From: Kudoa neothunni
Taxonomy: Eukaryota > Animalia > Cnidaria
NCBI GenBank assembly: GCA_964304625.1
Contig: OZ199838.1
Coordinates: 14,023,318-14,087,317, forward strand
Direction of reading: 5' to 3'
DNA: 64,000 bases
Shown here: positions 50,724-64,000 of the stretch, piece by piece
How the letters are laid out: each line of letters starts with the position of its first letter
Position numbering within the stretch: position 1 is the first letter of the stretch
Position numbers and translations under genes: made by a program
Notes under the pieces: generated by a model
Seen by the model: only the letters and a program-made list of their open reading frames with translations
Told to the model about the DNA's origin: nothing
Databases searched by the model: none

Positions 50724-52252
50724 ATGGCATCACAAGTTAAAAATAAGAGGTATTTACCAGAAGAGGCGTTGAATTTGGAATTTGAGACGTCGGAGGAAGT
50801 AGTTCCAATCACTAGCTTTGATAAAATGGGATTAAAAGAAGATCTTCTGCGAGGAATATATCACTACGGTAGTTGATTATAGGTTGTGTGTTTTATCTAT
50901 GTTATTACAGGTTTTGAGAAGCCATCTGCAATTCAACAGAGAGCAATAAAACCAATAATATCTGGAAAAGATATAATAGCTCAGTATATTTAGGGTGTTG
51001 TTGTAGTTGATTTGAAAGTGTTTGATTAGGTCGCAATCTGGTACTGGTAAAACGGCTACCTATTCGATTTCAGCATTGAATTGTATTGACACAAAGGTAG
51101 ATTTATGCTTTATTTTGAGTCGATTCGAAGCTAAAATGACATGGTTGTGTTAGATTCGTGAAACCCAGGTTTTGTTGTTATCACCCACTAGGGAGTTGGC
51201 CCAACAGATCAAGAAAGTTATCATGGCTCTGGGCGATTTTATGAGCGTTCAATGTCATGCATGTATTGGTGGAACCAATATAGGCGAGGATATTCGCAAG
51301 TTGGAATACGGTCAACATGTCGTCTCTGGAACACCCGGTAGAGTGTTTGATATGATCGAGCGTCGTGTGTTACGTACCAGACACATCAAAATGTTGATAT
51401 TGGACGAAGCTGATGAGATGTTGAATCAAAATTTCAAAGAACAAATCTACGATATTTATAGATTTCTTCCTCCATCAGCTCAGGTGGTACTTGTGAGTGC
51501 AACACTTCCTCACGAAGTATTAGAAATGACACTGAAGTTTATGAATGATCCTATTCGTATTTTGGTGAAACGTGATGAATTAATGTTGGATGCTATAAAA
51601 CAGTATTTCGTTGCCGTCGAGAAAGAGGAGTGGAAGTTTTCCACATTATGTGACATCTACGAAATGATTGTGGTGCCACAAGCAGTAATATTTTGTAACA
51701 CTCGCCAAAAGGCTGCATGGTTGGCTGAGAAAATGATTGAGGCCAATTTTACAGTCGCTGTTATGCATGGTGATATGCCCCAGAGTGAGCGTGAAGAAAT
51801 TGTTAAAGAGTTTGCAAACGGTAGAAGGTATGTCGTGGTTAGGATCTGCTAATTTATTATTTTTTACCAACAATAATATTATTTGTTGTAGTCGTGTTCT
51901 TATTACTACAGATGTTTGGGCTCGTGGTCTCGATGTTGTTACTATCTCATTGGTTGTCAACTATGATATTCCAGTCAGTAGAGAAACCTACCTTCATAGG
52001 TATCCTCATTGCATCGATTATTATGCGATCAGCTGATTAAACTTATTGATGTTTTTAGAATGGGTCGTGCTGGTAGATTCGGCAGAAGAGGTGTTGTCAT
52101 TCACTTGGCGAAAAATGAAGAGATACACATTATCCGTGACATTGAGCAATATTACAGTACTCAGATTGACGAAATGCCCTCCAACAGTATCTTTATTTGT
52201 TGAGGTTTTCGTAATTTGACCTTTACTTTTCTTAGTTGCTGACATTGTCTGA
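50724..52252 (+). CDS. EIF4A3: eIF4A-III (DDX48), exon junction complex helicase, 7 exons
   Basis: [91 protein letters not shown]. Six GT-AG introns of about 42-64 nt, all in frame. Confidence 0.97.
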
Positions 52253-52758
52253 TTTTGGGGACGAAGGTTATCATACTTGTTTTGTCATACATGTTCGTTT
52301 AACTAGCAACTCCACTTTATTGTACTATTTTTGAAATTATTGTTTCTTCAATTTTCCTCATTAAATATGTTTTTTTGTCACAACATGGACTGGAATTTTA
52401 CCGCGCCCATTTTCTGATTACGTGGATTTATAAATATCGTTTCATTAATTGTGCATATTTAAGTATTGGCTTTTTCTCGCTTTTAATATCGGTGCGGCAT
52501 AGGCCGTCGAAAGTCCGAATATCATTAAAATATAATTTCCGCCTTCATTCGCACGTGGGTAGATATTAGATGAGTGTTGATTTATTCATAAAATGGTTTG
52601 TTGACTTGTGCACTTTCCAACTTATTTTACCTTATAACTGCTGCATTAGTGGCATATACCGTAGTTAAACGATTTTTCCACATTTAATCCTATTTTTGCT
52701 CTTATGAGTATGTGACAAAAATAATTTTCGTTCTTATTCTCCGTAAAACTGTTTTTAA

Positions 52759-54082
52759 CCTTCCGAGCGTCTTTGGGGTTCATTGGACCCCAATGGTTGT
52801 TTGAATCAATTTTAGAGATTCTTATATCAGTGAATTTAAGATCACATCTATTCTCCTACAAATATGAGTTCTATTAAAATATTACAGAAATTTAAAATTT
52901 GTACATTCAGGTCACGAAATAATCATAATACTTACACATTCCTTCTTATGGGGTCCAATGGACCCCCCATTTTATTCCACCAAACAAAGAAAAATAAATT
53001 AAAACAATTTTGGGAATTAAATAAAATTTTATCGAAAGAAAACAGAGATAATTTGAAAAAACTATATGTACGTCAAATACCTATCATTACCGACGAATGA
53101 AATGCTGCCATAAATGATTCTTAGTGTAATATTTTGAAGGAAATAGAATCCGATATCAATGAATTTTATGATAACTATTGATAATTTGGTTATTTTCGTC
53201 ATTCCAATGTTTCTGAAGATAATAAATGTTATCGAAATATATACGAAGATAAGGATGGGGTTAATTGATTTTCTGAGGAACTTCAAATAACTAAAAGCTC
53301 CAAACAAAATATTTTTCAAAACCTCAAGGTTCACGTTGCTACGCTTCGAACAGAATCAACTCCTCAACTGACACATTCCTCATTTTTTATGGCAAGTTTT
53401 TTCTTAACTGTTATTTCAAATACTAACAAGTTTGACAATTATAATTATCAGCATTATTTGAAGACTTGGCAAACCAACAGTCATTAGCTTATATTGGAAT
53501 CCTTGTCTATATGATAATTTTCAGATCTAAATTATAATCACTCAAATTTCTTTGTCGCGAGTGATGTTATTGTACACGATCTCGAGACAGGAAAGCGAAG
53601 AATTTTTTGTTGTAGAATCAGTTGTAATAATAGAAATTGAAAAGTTTTTTGCGTGGTATATTTTAAAATTAAAAATTAACATAATATAAATATCTCGCAT
53701 TTGATCTATTTTGAATCAATATCTATTGTATTTTGGGTTTTATTGGGCATGATTATTAAGGAATTAACCATATAAGAAACAATTTTTAAGACTTCGTTAA
53801 TATGGAATGAGATATAGTTTTATTAAAACCTATTAAATTAAAAAATAAAGTTAAACTTGTCAAATTAGATGCCTAATTTAACCCCCAATATTCTTCGGTA
53901 ATGATCGTTAACAACAGTCTAGGTTATAATTGACATTTTTCAATATTTTATCGATAGTTTTCTCTCATACTTTAGTAAATTACTTATTACATTTTTCTCC
54001 GTAATTCAAACTAAAACAATGTGGGGTCCATTCGACCCCAAAGGAAGGAATGTGTAATGTGGTTTTTCAGGCGCTTGGAAGG
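52759..54082 (+). mobile_element. Non-autonomous piggyBac deletion derivative
   Basis: TTAA|CCTTCCGAGCG ... GCGCTTGGAAGG|TTAA with TGGGGTCCATTCGACCCCA repeats. Same end types as 48240-49946, opposite orientation. Confidence 0.85.
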
Positions 54083-54088
54083 TTAATA

Positions 54089-55273
54089 CAGTAAGGTCTG
54101 GATATTGTGTAATAAATAGGGACCTGAGATTTACTGCCCAATAACGCTTCCTCGCACGCGTAGATAATTTAAATGTTTTATTTTTTAACGGAAAAATGGC
54201 CCATCTTGTTTATACTATTAAATCAAAGGTGTGAAAAGCAACCATCTAATATTATACGAACTTTTCTTTATCTTTCACGAACTTTCGATCAAGAGTTCTT
54301 AAAATATCAAGAAGATAGTTGAAGACACCCAACCATTTTTTGATCGTTAATATTTAACAGAAAATTCATAAATCCCTTTAAAATAAGCACTCTATAATTT
54401 TATTACAGGTTTTTTGATTGTTTCATTTCCTTTTAATTCAATTCCTTCTTTATATTATATGTTCGTTGAGTGCATTGTTCTTAGGAAACAGCGGTCTCAC
54501 CGAGATTTAATATGTTCAGTTTTTCATATCTACTTTTTACTTAATAAATTGGATTACCTAATCATTAACAATAATATCATCAACATTTCTCCCTTCTCCA
54601 TGAAGAGTGAATTTTTAGACAACAGAGAATCTTAAAATTTTTAAGGAAGCTTTTTGTTCCACTTAAACAACTGATTTAAGGACATCAGCAAAAAGTCTTA
54701 CCTTCTCAGTGATAAAAACTCTAGAATATTTGACTTTTTTGGTGTTCTTACACAATCCGACCATATAACGCGATTTGAGAATGGATGTATTTTCTATTTG
54801 TAATTCCTTTACTGAGATTAACAACATTGGAGCTCATTATACTAGGTTTATTAGATAAAATTCTATTCAGAAAAGAATAACTAAATTTAATCTGAATAAA
54901 ACTCACACTAACAGAATTTATGGTATTCTATGGCGCTATAAAGTAATTTTTTGGCATTTCAGATTGAAATAATTGAATCATAATATTGAATAGTTCCAGT
55001 TTTTTATCAAAATTTCTTACTTTTTTTCAGAGTACCGGACGCCCGAATGTGTAATTTAATGGATTCATTGGATTAAAATTGAAGTAACCACTGCCCAATA
55101 GCAAGACCCTGAATTTTACAAAAAATCCATTTTTTAAATATTATTTCGTATTTTCGAATATAAAGCTAGAGTAGAAGACTATATACAAAGAAAAGGTTAC
55201 AATGTTTGTTACAGAAATTTGAAAAAAATAGCGACTACCCTATATCGAACCTCGCAATATCGAGACCTTACTG
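54089..55273. mobile_element. Tc1/mariner-pogo type non-autonomous element
   Basis: TA|CAGTAAGGTCTGGATATTG ... CAATATCGAGACCTTACTG|TA. Confidence 0.85.
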
Positions 55274-55635
55274 TAATCAAATTTTGTTATCTTTGATAAA
55301 TGTACATGTTGCTATACGGTAATCCGGACCTCGGTATGGATACAAATCCAATTTACAAACATTTACTGGCTATTTTATCATGTTATTTCCTATATTTACT
55401 GAAAGTATTCTACGTCAAGAGAAATACGATAATTATAATAATTCTAATAGATGTAGTCATATTAATAATAATTAATGTAAACGTGTTGACGAGAATTCTT
55501 TTTTTCTTAAGGTAATTGTTTCACATCCGATAATTTAGATGGGTTTATAAGATCCCATAATTATATTGTAAACTGAATGTAATATAATATTTAATAATAT
55601 AATTTAAATAAAATGAACGTAGATTAATTATATTT

Positions 55636-56148
55636 TGTTTACAAGGGCAAACCCTGGGGCAACTTGTTAGATTATGAAGTTAGGGCTGGTTAGGCCGGCC
55701 TTCTCTATTTACGCTTTGGTAGGCACCGCAGTGTCATATTAAGACAACTTACGTTTATGCGGTAGTGTGGGATTTTGACCCATTAAACATCCTCGTATCG
55801 GAGCAACCATCAACCCAACCATACCCTGGACTAACCCAGAATTAGTCTGGAAAAGTCGTCTGAATATGGGCGTCGGCTCTACGGAATCCCCTACCGGGTT
55901 TTATTTTGTTCCTTTACCCCGGCGTTTATTATGAGCGCGCCTGAGTTCTACCTTTCCGCCAGGCTCCCGTCCCAGCTGCAAGCAAGCAAGGCCACGATAA
56001 ACCATGGATCCTTGCGATTACTACAGCCCTTCTACTTAATTTCGGATTAGAAGTACACGAACGCCCGGACTAGGTAGGCTTCGAACTCGCAACGTCAAAA
56101 GATGTGATCTCGACCTAACACCATTATGCCATATTGTCCCGGCTGTCA
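55636..56148 (-). mobile_element. 513-bp GC-rich element with tRNA-like head (solo LTR or SINE)
   Basis: Minus strand: TGACA GCCGGGAC..TGGCATAATGG (A-box)..GAGTTCGAAGCC (B-box)..GTCCGGGCG. TG...CA ends flanked by ATTT on both sides. Confidence 0.65.
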
Positions 56149-56463
56149 ATTTTTAATTTATTATGAAAAATTCATTATAGCTAAAGATTTCATATATATT
56201 CTGATCTGACAACCTATCGAGATTGCCACCACCTACTATAAAGCGTTATAAAGGTCCTCCATTCCAACTCGATTGACATCTTAAGAACAAGACTACAATT
56301 TTAAAAATAAGTAAATAAGACACAATTCATTTGTCATACTTTGTTAATTTATTAAAACTTACTTAAAATAAAAAATATTAAAATTTTAATTAGGAAAGAT
56401 GGCTTGATTATACTCGCAATGACGAAGAAATATATATATCAAACAAATTTTCGATAAAAATAA

Positions 56464-57233
56464 TTATTTTAATTTTAAGCAAAGTTTGTAAGCAGCTGAT
56501 CCGTTTAAATAGTAGCGTTCATATTTTTTTGTACGTATAAATCCATATCGCTCATAGAATTTTAAAGCAACAACATTGGAGACTTCGGTTTCTAGAGTAA
56601 CCTAGTATAAATACAATCATTATTTTAGACACCAGCACATAACATAAACTTACTTTATCACAATGTTGTTCTATGAAATCCTTCATAATTCTATCCAATA
56701 ACTTTGAGCCTTAAGGTAGAATATCAATTAATAACGTCGGTTTAACATATGGAGGGATGACTTACCAATACCAAATTTTCTGAATTCGGTATCCACAACA
56801 ATCATTCCAATATACCCACTAGGAGAGAATAGTTTATTATCATCAATTATTTCGCTTAAATTAGCGTTTCGATATTTTTTTCTTTCTTGAATTGATTTTA
56901 TTTTTCCAAGTACAATTCCACAAAGTTTACCATTGTTATAAGCCTGCATTTTAAGAAAATATTATTATTGTAACAGCATAAACACAACGTCAACAATGAG
57001 TTATTTACAAAATAACATATTCCATTATCACAAGATAAAAAGTATCGGTAGGTGTAAACGGAATATGGTTCACTGAGATGTTTTTCACAAAGTGACATCA
57101 TTTGTTGTATATCCTTCGATTGGAAATTAGTGATGATTATAGAACTTTTAGATGGATCGATGTGTAGGGAACTACAAATATGGTTGGGAAGTTGTGATAG
57201 AGATTCATTGCCTGATGGGTTTTGAGGTTGCAT
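56464..57233 (-). CDS. NAA30: N-alpha-acetyltransferase 30 (NatC catalytic subunit, Mak3), 4 exons
   Basis: HLSEPYSVYTYRYFL, GYIGMIVVDTEFRKFGIGSKL, VTLETEVSNVVALKFYERYGFIRTKKYERYYLNGSAAYKL. Confidence 0.93.
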
Positions 57234-57332
57234 GATGGGCGCATGTCATGAAAATCATTAAATAATGTTCTTGTTTCGTTTGCGCAGCCCTCGTACAGAC
57301 TAAAGACAGCATTGCGCATTGCTTTTATCTCT

Positions 57333-60300
57333 ATGCCTTCGAATGTTCTTCTGGGGTTGATTATCGATATTTCTGAGCAGCCTCAAAATTATGCCATATC
57401 CAATTTGGCTGATCTCTATTGGAAGTTGTTGCCCAGAGTGATCTTGAAAATGGCGCTACATCACAAATTCTATTCCAACGATGGTCAACTGTCAATCGAT
57501 GGGAATAGTCTCTATTGGAATTATGTGTTTACTAAAAATGGTCGTTCGAGTCAACAGCATCTCCATAGAAATAATTTTAATGAATTCAATAAAAATTCAT
57601 ATGATCAATTTCTTATCAACTATAACAAGGTAATCCAGTTGGAGAGATCCCAAAAAAATAAAACCAACTCTAATGTGGATCAGCTTTTGAAACAAATATT
57701 CGATCTGATTACAGTGAGATTTGATTGGGATATTAGTTTGTTGACATCTCCTGTAATTGTGAATAAATCGAAAAAACCTAAATCAACTACATTATCAGTC
57801 CAGAACAATGTAATTAATTTAAATTTCCTCCTAATATTTACTGATGCTTATTGAATAGGTGGGGAAATATCATTATATGTATTATATGTCACTCCATGTG
57901 ACAACTATCCCTTCGAAGATAATTCGACATCCTAATTCAACTGCTTTAGCTCCAATACATAATTATTTGAAACGAAATGCTATTCAATTCACGTGGTTAC
58001 CATTTCTATATGACATTATTCATGTAGACTTTTTTTATTTAATGGGCGCTATTATGTAAACTCACATTTTATTTTTTACCAAAGGAGGATAAACAAAATC
58101 GAGATTTTACACAAATTCTCGCCAAATTCAAGATTCAATTCTTTCCATTGTGGCCAATTATGAGGCACCTTTCTCGCAATTGTCGCGGCGACCAACGCGC
58201 TTACTCCTTAGAATGGATTTATTTGTTGTTGGCCCACATTGAAACTCAACTTTCACCCAAATTTGACACCAAAATAAAACCTAATCGTTCTAATTCCAAT
58301 TTTAATTCCATCAATAATTCATTCACATTGGACGCCTATTTGTTAAAAGAGTTGCATATAAAAATCGATAACACTAAAGATATCGTTGGTTGGATGAATG
58401 TGCCTTTGGTAGATGTTCCTAACTTTCAAAGGTTTCAAAATCTGCTCGATTCCGCCAAATCCAACGATAATAAGATGCTTGCTGTGGATAGCAATAAAGA
58501 TCTCATTATTGATGATAAATCTACAAAACTCAATGAATTTACCTCCACTACCAATGAAGAATTGTCGGATATTGTTGTTTGTCGTACAACTTTGACAGCC
58601 TCTACGGATCTATTGGATGATAATGAAATTGAGACTGTAACTTTTTAGAGGACTTAATTTTTGTATTCTTTATTTAGTTGTTGGCTAAAGAATTTGAAAA
58701 GTGTGTCAAACATTTCCATGATCTATTGGAATGCGTTAATAAAGATCAAAAAATAGAACATGTATTTACTTTTCAATATTTATTTATTCATAATACAATG
58801 AACGAAACGACTTAGAGCGTTGATATGGAAAAAATTCTCTTGATGACTGTCAATGACTTTAACGAAAGGGTGCGCCATGAGAATAAGTCAACAATAATTC
58901 GGCTGTATTTCTATCAAATTGTTATGGTTCTGTTAGTAAAGTTGGTTTTAGTTGTTGTCATCAGATTGTTTATCGTTTTCTTATTCTTCGACAATTTCCA
59001 AAATCTCAACATTTGATTAGAGAAGTTATTGTTTATTTTGTAGGTGTGCTTTTAAACTCAATTCTGTTAGTTGGCTGGATTGCTTAGAAAGTATGCACTA
59101 CTAATATCGCCCCTTCAAATGACTCGTCTCCTTGCCAACCATATTGTGCCATATTTTTGTGAACACTTAAGAAATAGTTTGATTAAAATTTATGACGAAT
59201 TAATGCTTTCGAAACCTGCGCAACTGTGTGACCACCATCTAAAAGATACATCTTCATTGTCCAATCCCTATGGAGTGAGCTCTAGTACGCCTACGGCTTC
59301 CGAGAAATTCGAGACCACTCAACTCACTTCCCATTTGTTGGATGATCAGGAAAATAGTCGTTTTATCTTCCATGATGATGATACAAATTCTCAGCGACCA
59401 CAAAAGTAACTTATTGGTGTGATTATGTTTAAAAATTATAAAAAATGGCTCAAGCAAACTTTTTCAAAATCGTAAAAACATCGGTATCAACGCTTCACGT
59501 AGAAGACGACGTCTCATTGCTGTCAAAGGTATAAATGTGCAGAGTGGAAAGTGTGTATTTTGATGTTTTGTACAGATAGCCAATCTACTGTTCGTAGACT
59601 CCTTTTTAATAAATATCCTGATTTGCTTTCCAACACTCAACCTCCTCAACAATATAACAATTTGTTTGATCCGAATCAAATCGATAATCCAAGTTCAAGT
59701 AACAATATTTTTTATAGACTCCATTTATTATATTTATGTTTTTTAATAGATATCAATTATTCATTGACACAATTCGACAGGGAAACTTTTCGTGGTGAAA
59801 ATGACGGGTATTTTAAGTGATACTCATGATCCATGAGTCTAAATTACTAAAATATTTAGCAGCGATATTAGATCTTTGTTTTCCGATTTGGACTGCACTC
59901 CACATGGTTTCCAAGGCGATGTTGATACAATGACAAATCCTAATCAACTTCTGGAGGATAGAAGCCGACCAAAAATCTTTTATAGTTCAAAATCTTTTTC
60001 ACAAGCCACCACCTTGCCACTACCTTACAAAAGCACCTCTCAATCAAAACCAAACCAAAAAGTGCAGTCATTCACTGTTGCTTCAAAACATGCAGATACT
60101 GCTATCAGTAGTCATCCTATCTTTAGTTTCGAGCACATTTTCGCAACACCTCAAAAAATTGATTTGGGGCAATCAATCACCGATGGTGTACAATTATCCA
60201 AACAAAACTCCCCATCCTCGACGAGTTCATTTGGTGGTTCCGTCGCCGTTGGTCACTCTGGCAGCGAACACAGTAACACCTCGCATTTGAACACAAGCCA

Positions 60301-60778
60301 AAGTTCTTTAATAACTGCATCCCCTAATCGAAGTTGGATTGGCGGCAGTTCCCCAATGGCAACAACAACAGCTAATGCCGATCAAAGTACCACCCATTCT
60401 CCATTTCTCAAACAATATTACAATTTTCCAAACATTAACAATAATGCTGCAGACTTGCAGCCTCAGTTTTCACCATTCAAATATTCATGTTATACCAATT
60501 CAAATGGATTCTCCACCCCGAACAATAGCTCCAATAAACATCCCAATCCTGCTTTTTCTCCGTTGATTAGATCGCCTTTCAAATCCCTTATTCAGTTCAG
60601 TCGAAAGTATCCTCCGTTGACCTCGCCAAAAAAACCCGCTGTTCTGCCGAACCAACCCTCTCCTCAAACTAACTCTCTGGAACCTTCCAACAACTCTGCT
60701 TCTACCGCTTTTACGAGTGATGATGAAAACAATGATAATACCAAAAAAAACTCAACAAATCCAAAACATGATACATAG
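57333..60778 (+). CDS. TICRR: Treslin/TICRR (Sld3 ortholog), multi-exon
   Basis: N-terminal LYWNYVF...NFNEFNKNSYDQF and FDWDISLLTSP resemble the Treslin N-terminal domain. LLRKYALL..IVPYFCEHLRNSLIKIYDEL resembles the Sld3-Treslin domain. VRRLLFN is a cyclin-docking (RxL) motif, followed by an S/TP-rich disordered tail. Confidence 0.75.
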
Positions 60779-62289
60779 TTTAAATATGTTGTGTAGTTGT
60801 GTAATCGAATATTAATTTGCGCACTGCAAAAACACACACTTTAAAACCAAAATAAATAACACTCAAGTTGGTTATACATTTAGCTGTCATTGCTGAAAAA
60901 ATACACTACATCGTTGCAAGATTGGATGTGGTCGTATTTTTGAAAGATAATTTTCAGCGATTCCCAATATTTCTATGAAAAATTATATTAGTTACAGTGA
61001 TACAAGTAAAATGGATAGTACAATAGAACAAATAAATTACATATACAGTAAACGGTACACAGTTGGCCATTAGCAGAGCTAATTCACTGAACTAAACAAA
61101 AATTATTATTGTGTTGCTAGGTGGGCATTAGTTAAAATATAACGGTATAATTGGTTATATTGTAAAAATTTGGCTTCTTTTTTTAATTGCATGAACTTAT
61201 TTAAAAGAATAAACTACAGATATAATCTGTGAGTGAGATGGATTAAAAAGTAAGATGGCGTACGAGCACACGACAACTGAGATTAGATTGGGTCATTTTT
61301 AAAGTTTTGGCCACAGGAAAGTGTAAAGTATTTAGAAAATATGGTTGACGTTTAATGATAAAATTATTAATTAAAAAATATAATATTAAGCATGTAAATT
61401 TTTGTCCAACAATAAGATAAGTGGCATCAAAGATTAATTCGAAAATAATGATGTAACAATTTTTAATCGTCAGACACGAAATTTCGCAAGAGTAAATACT
61501 GATAATCTGTTATTAAAATCATAAATATTAAAATAAATCAATACGTCTAATTCTAACAGCGTTTCCTACCGTTTTTTCCATCTTATTAGAAAACATTAAT
61601 CACATTAACAAAAACGACTATGAATTTTTAATCTTATTCAATACCTAAATTATAGCGCATTATTTTATTGAAAGCATAGGATTTTTGAAAATATAAATGA
61701 AAATTTTAATAATATAATTTTTTAATTAAAATTAATAGTTATACACATTCTAGCTCTAGAATCTGTTCTTTTAAATCTTCCTTGCGTTAAATATTTGAAT
61801 ATAAGTTTTTAATATTAGGTTATATGTTTTATTCAAATGTTTCTCAGCCTTTTCAAGAGTATTAATTCTTTACTTTAAATTGCTTACAACTCTGAATAAA
61901 GCTTCATGTCATATTAAAATTAGATTCTTTTCTAAATAAAATGTATCCAATCAGACCTAACGTAAATTATCGAATGGCCTTAAAAATTAACATCTTTAGT
62001 TCTTCATTCCGTTAAAAATAGTGTTATGTCAAAGTCTTGGAATCCAATTTGCATTAGACAAGGTTTTCGTTCATATGGTGCTGAAAATCCGAAAATAAGC
62101 AATCTAGATAGAAACTTAATTAATATTATACTCGGTTTAATCAAAAACAGAGGAGATCACGACTATAAATGAGACGACATTGGGATTTCAATCATCTGCT
62201 TCTTTTCGAGTAAATTCCACTTTAAATGTTATTACTTATTTGTATATAATTAGTCATTGTTTTACGATATTAAATGTCACTTAAGAATA

Positions 62290-62430
62290 AACAAGGTCGA
62301 GGTAATGATTTCAAAGTACGTCCCCCCAATTATCTCACCATTATGCATGTCACACCAGAACCGTTCATTAAACGTTCCAAAATTTCCATTCCCCACCAGA
62401 ATTTTTCCACCCCACCGGTGGGAAACATTG
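62290..62430. repeat. Dispersed repeat, also at about 49225-49385; probable hAT-type end
   Basis: Shared CCAATTAT.TCACCATTAT.CATGTCACA..GTTCATTA..AAAATTTCCATTCCC..GGTGGG. This copy ends GGTGGGAAACATTG. Confidence 0.6.
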
Positions 62431-64000
62431 TTTTATTCCATATCTAGAGTGGATATTTTTAATTCTAAAAACTTTTTTTATAGCTAATGTATACAATTTT
62501 TAAAGAATCTGCAGTATTTAATTATTTGGATATTATGCTCCATCGCAGTGGTCATTACAATAAAAAACCCCGTGCTGATTCAATTATAACGCGGAAAAAT
62601 TTGTTACCTAAAAATAATTCAGTTTTGTGCACATTATAATCGAATGAATGCTTTAATCAGGAGGTAGGTCCCAACATTATTGTCCAGCTCAAAATTAATG
62701 TAAGTCGTGTTTCATTTTCTAAGGGGAAAAATACAAAATTCAATATTAGACAGCCTATCCTTAAATTTCTTCGATAAATAAGGATTGTATGGATCCGTTT
62801 GTTGTTTTATTTATTTAATGATGGAATTTCCCATTTTAAGCAGCCACCACATTATAATAATATATTAGATATTAACATGCATTATAGTAACATATTGGAT
62901 ATTAATAGTTTGAATGAATTTTAAGCAAATAGAATTAAATATATGAATAAAATACCTGAATCATTGCTATTTCATCGTTAGAACTGGTTTCATTTGAAAA
63001 GAAAGCCACCAAACTACACAACAACGCATCACAGTCAACAATATGAGGAGTTAAACAAAACTATTATCATTTTTACAAGGTGCAATAGACAAGAATTATT
63101 ACTTTAAAAAATACATTTATCCCTTTGATTGCATCGGTGGAGTAATTGGTCAGGTTGGGATAGAGCATAAAAATGCTAACAAATAATATCCACTCAGAAA
63201 TAGAAATACATCCAACGAACATTACTTTCTACATTCAGGCTCGTTTGCTCCAATTCTATTGAGATGTATGAAAACCTTTGGATTCATTGCTATTATGCTG
63301 TTCAACTAAAGTATAAAAACAGTCGTACGTTTGATTGAATTCCGCTTTAATAAATACCTGTTTTACTGTAATTTTTGTGTGTGAGAAAATGGTGGGATAC
63401 GCAGAAATCACCATTTTCACCTTCTATAATAAAAATTTAGTTAGTATTCTACGGAGAAAATTCCCGGTCTTTCAAATATAGACTACCACTCACGTAGTGA
63501 TAAAACCTAGTTGTCTTAAGAGCATAGAATGTTTAACATTTTAATCTACTTCGCCAAATACTCTAATATCATTGATTTAAATATTCAGTTTTAGATAAAT
63601 CGAAATATGGATTTAATTTAAATAACTTATTTGGCGAATCTATCTGATTTTAAACATTTTTCAAACAACATTTTAAGTACCTCATAAAATGTACAACCTT
63701 ATTGTAAGAGATAAATTCATTCTTTTTTTCTGGCGAGACATCAAATTAAACAATGGTACAACTGTTCTAATCTATCTTTAACCAACAATTAAACCGATCC
63801 GTTTAATCCTTAAATAAAATATTTGAAGACGGTCATCAAAACGTATTTATTCAGTAACATTTACAAAAAAAATAAAAGGATATTTACCGAACGTATTCAA
63901 GCATATACAATGACCTAAATAATACTTAAATATGTGCCGTATTTTAAGGTTTGACTCAAAAACAAAAAGTTAGACTGATATCTGAAAATAACTACCTAAA

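Noticed and set aside
52000-52058. eIF4A3 intron starting GTATCCTC as a possible U12-type intron
   Set aside because: No TCCTTAAC-like branch site, and GTAT starts are common among ordinary introns here.
10758-52252. Functional cluster of translation/splicing genes (SRRM2, eIF2B1, eIF5, eIF4A3)
   Set aside because: Different strands, tens of kb apart, separated by unrelated genes and transposons; chance is sufficient.
56062-56143. Functional tRNA, e.g. tRNA-Sec (long closing stem, GGGCG end, TCA in a loop)
   Set aside because: Anticodon loop and T-stem are non-canonical, there is no Sec-type variable arm or T-run terminator, and it is embedded in a larger element.
60800-64000. Possible further genes at the window end
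   Set aside because: Only short broken frames; no spliced model could be built.
1-64000. CRISPR arrays, rRNA or prokaryotic operons
   Set aside because: None seen; the sequence is intron-containing eukaryotic DNA.

Overview
AT-rich eukaryotic (metazoan) genomic DNA. Compact genes with very short GT-AG introns (mostly about 32-80 nt) sit in islands separated by decayed, nested transposon DNA. The divergent, shortened proteins and small introns fit a reduced parasite genome such as a myxozoan cnidarian (inference only). Genes reconstructed by hand: SNX1/2-like sorting nexin, a secreted five-domain Kunitz protein, an ATRIP-like protein, CWC21/SRRM2, eIF2B-alpha, a GT31 beta-1,3-glycosyltransferase plus a truncated pseudogene copy, an SLC3/4F2hc-like protein, eIF5, eIF4A3, NAA30 and Treslin/TICRR. 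Mobile DNA includes piggyBac, hAT/Buster, pogo/Tigger, Helitron and small solo-LTR-like elements. Most notable: (i) TG...CA-bounded elements with target-site duplications carrying tRNA-like Pol III promoter boxes; (ii) two different hAT-type elements inserted within 1 bp of the same site in two copies of one Helitron family; (iii) poor-context uORFs before eIF5, matching its known autoregulatory design; (iv) a recurrent GCGCACGCG-type motif at gene starts and inside transposons; (v) about ten single-base frameshifts in otherwise intact genes, most likely assembly errors but testable. All alignments were made by eye; no searches were run.
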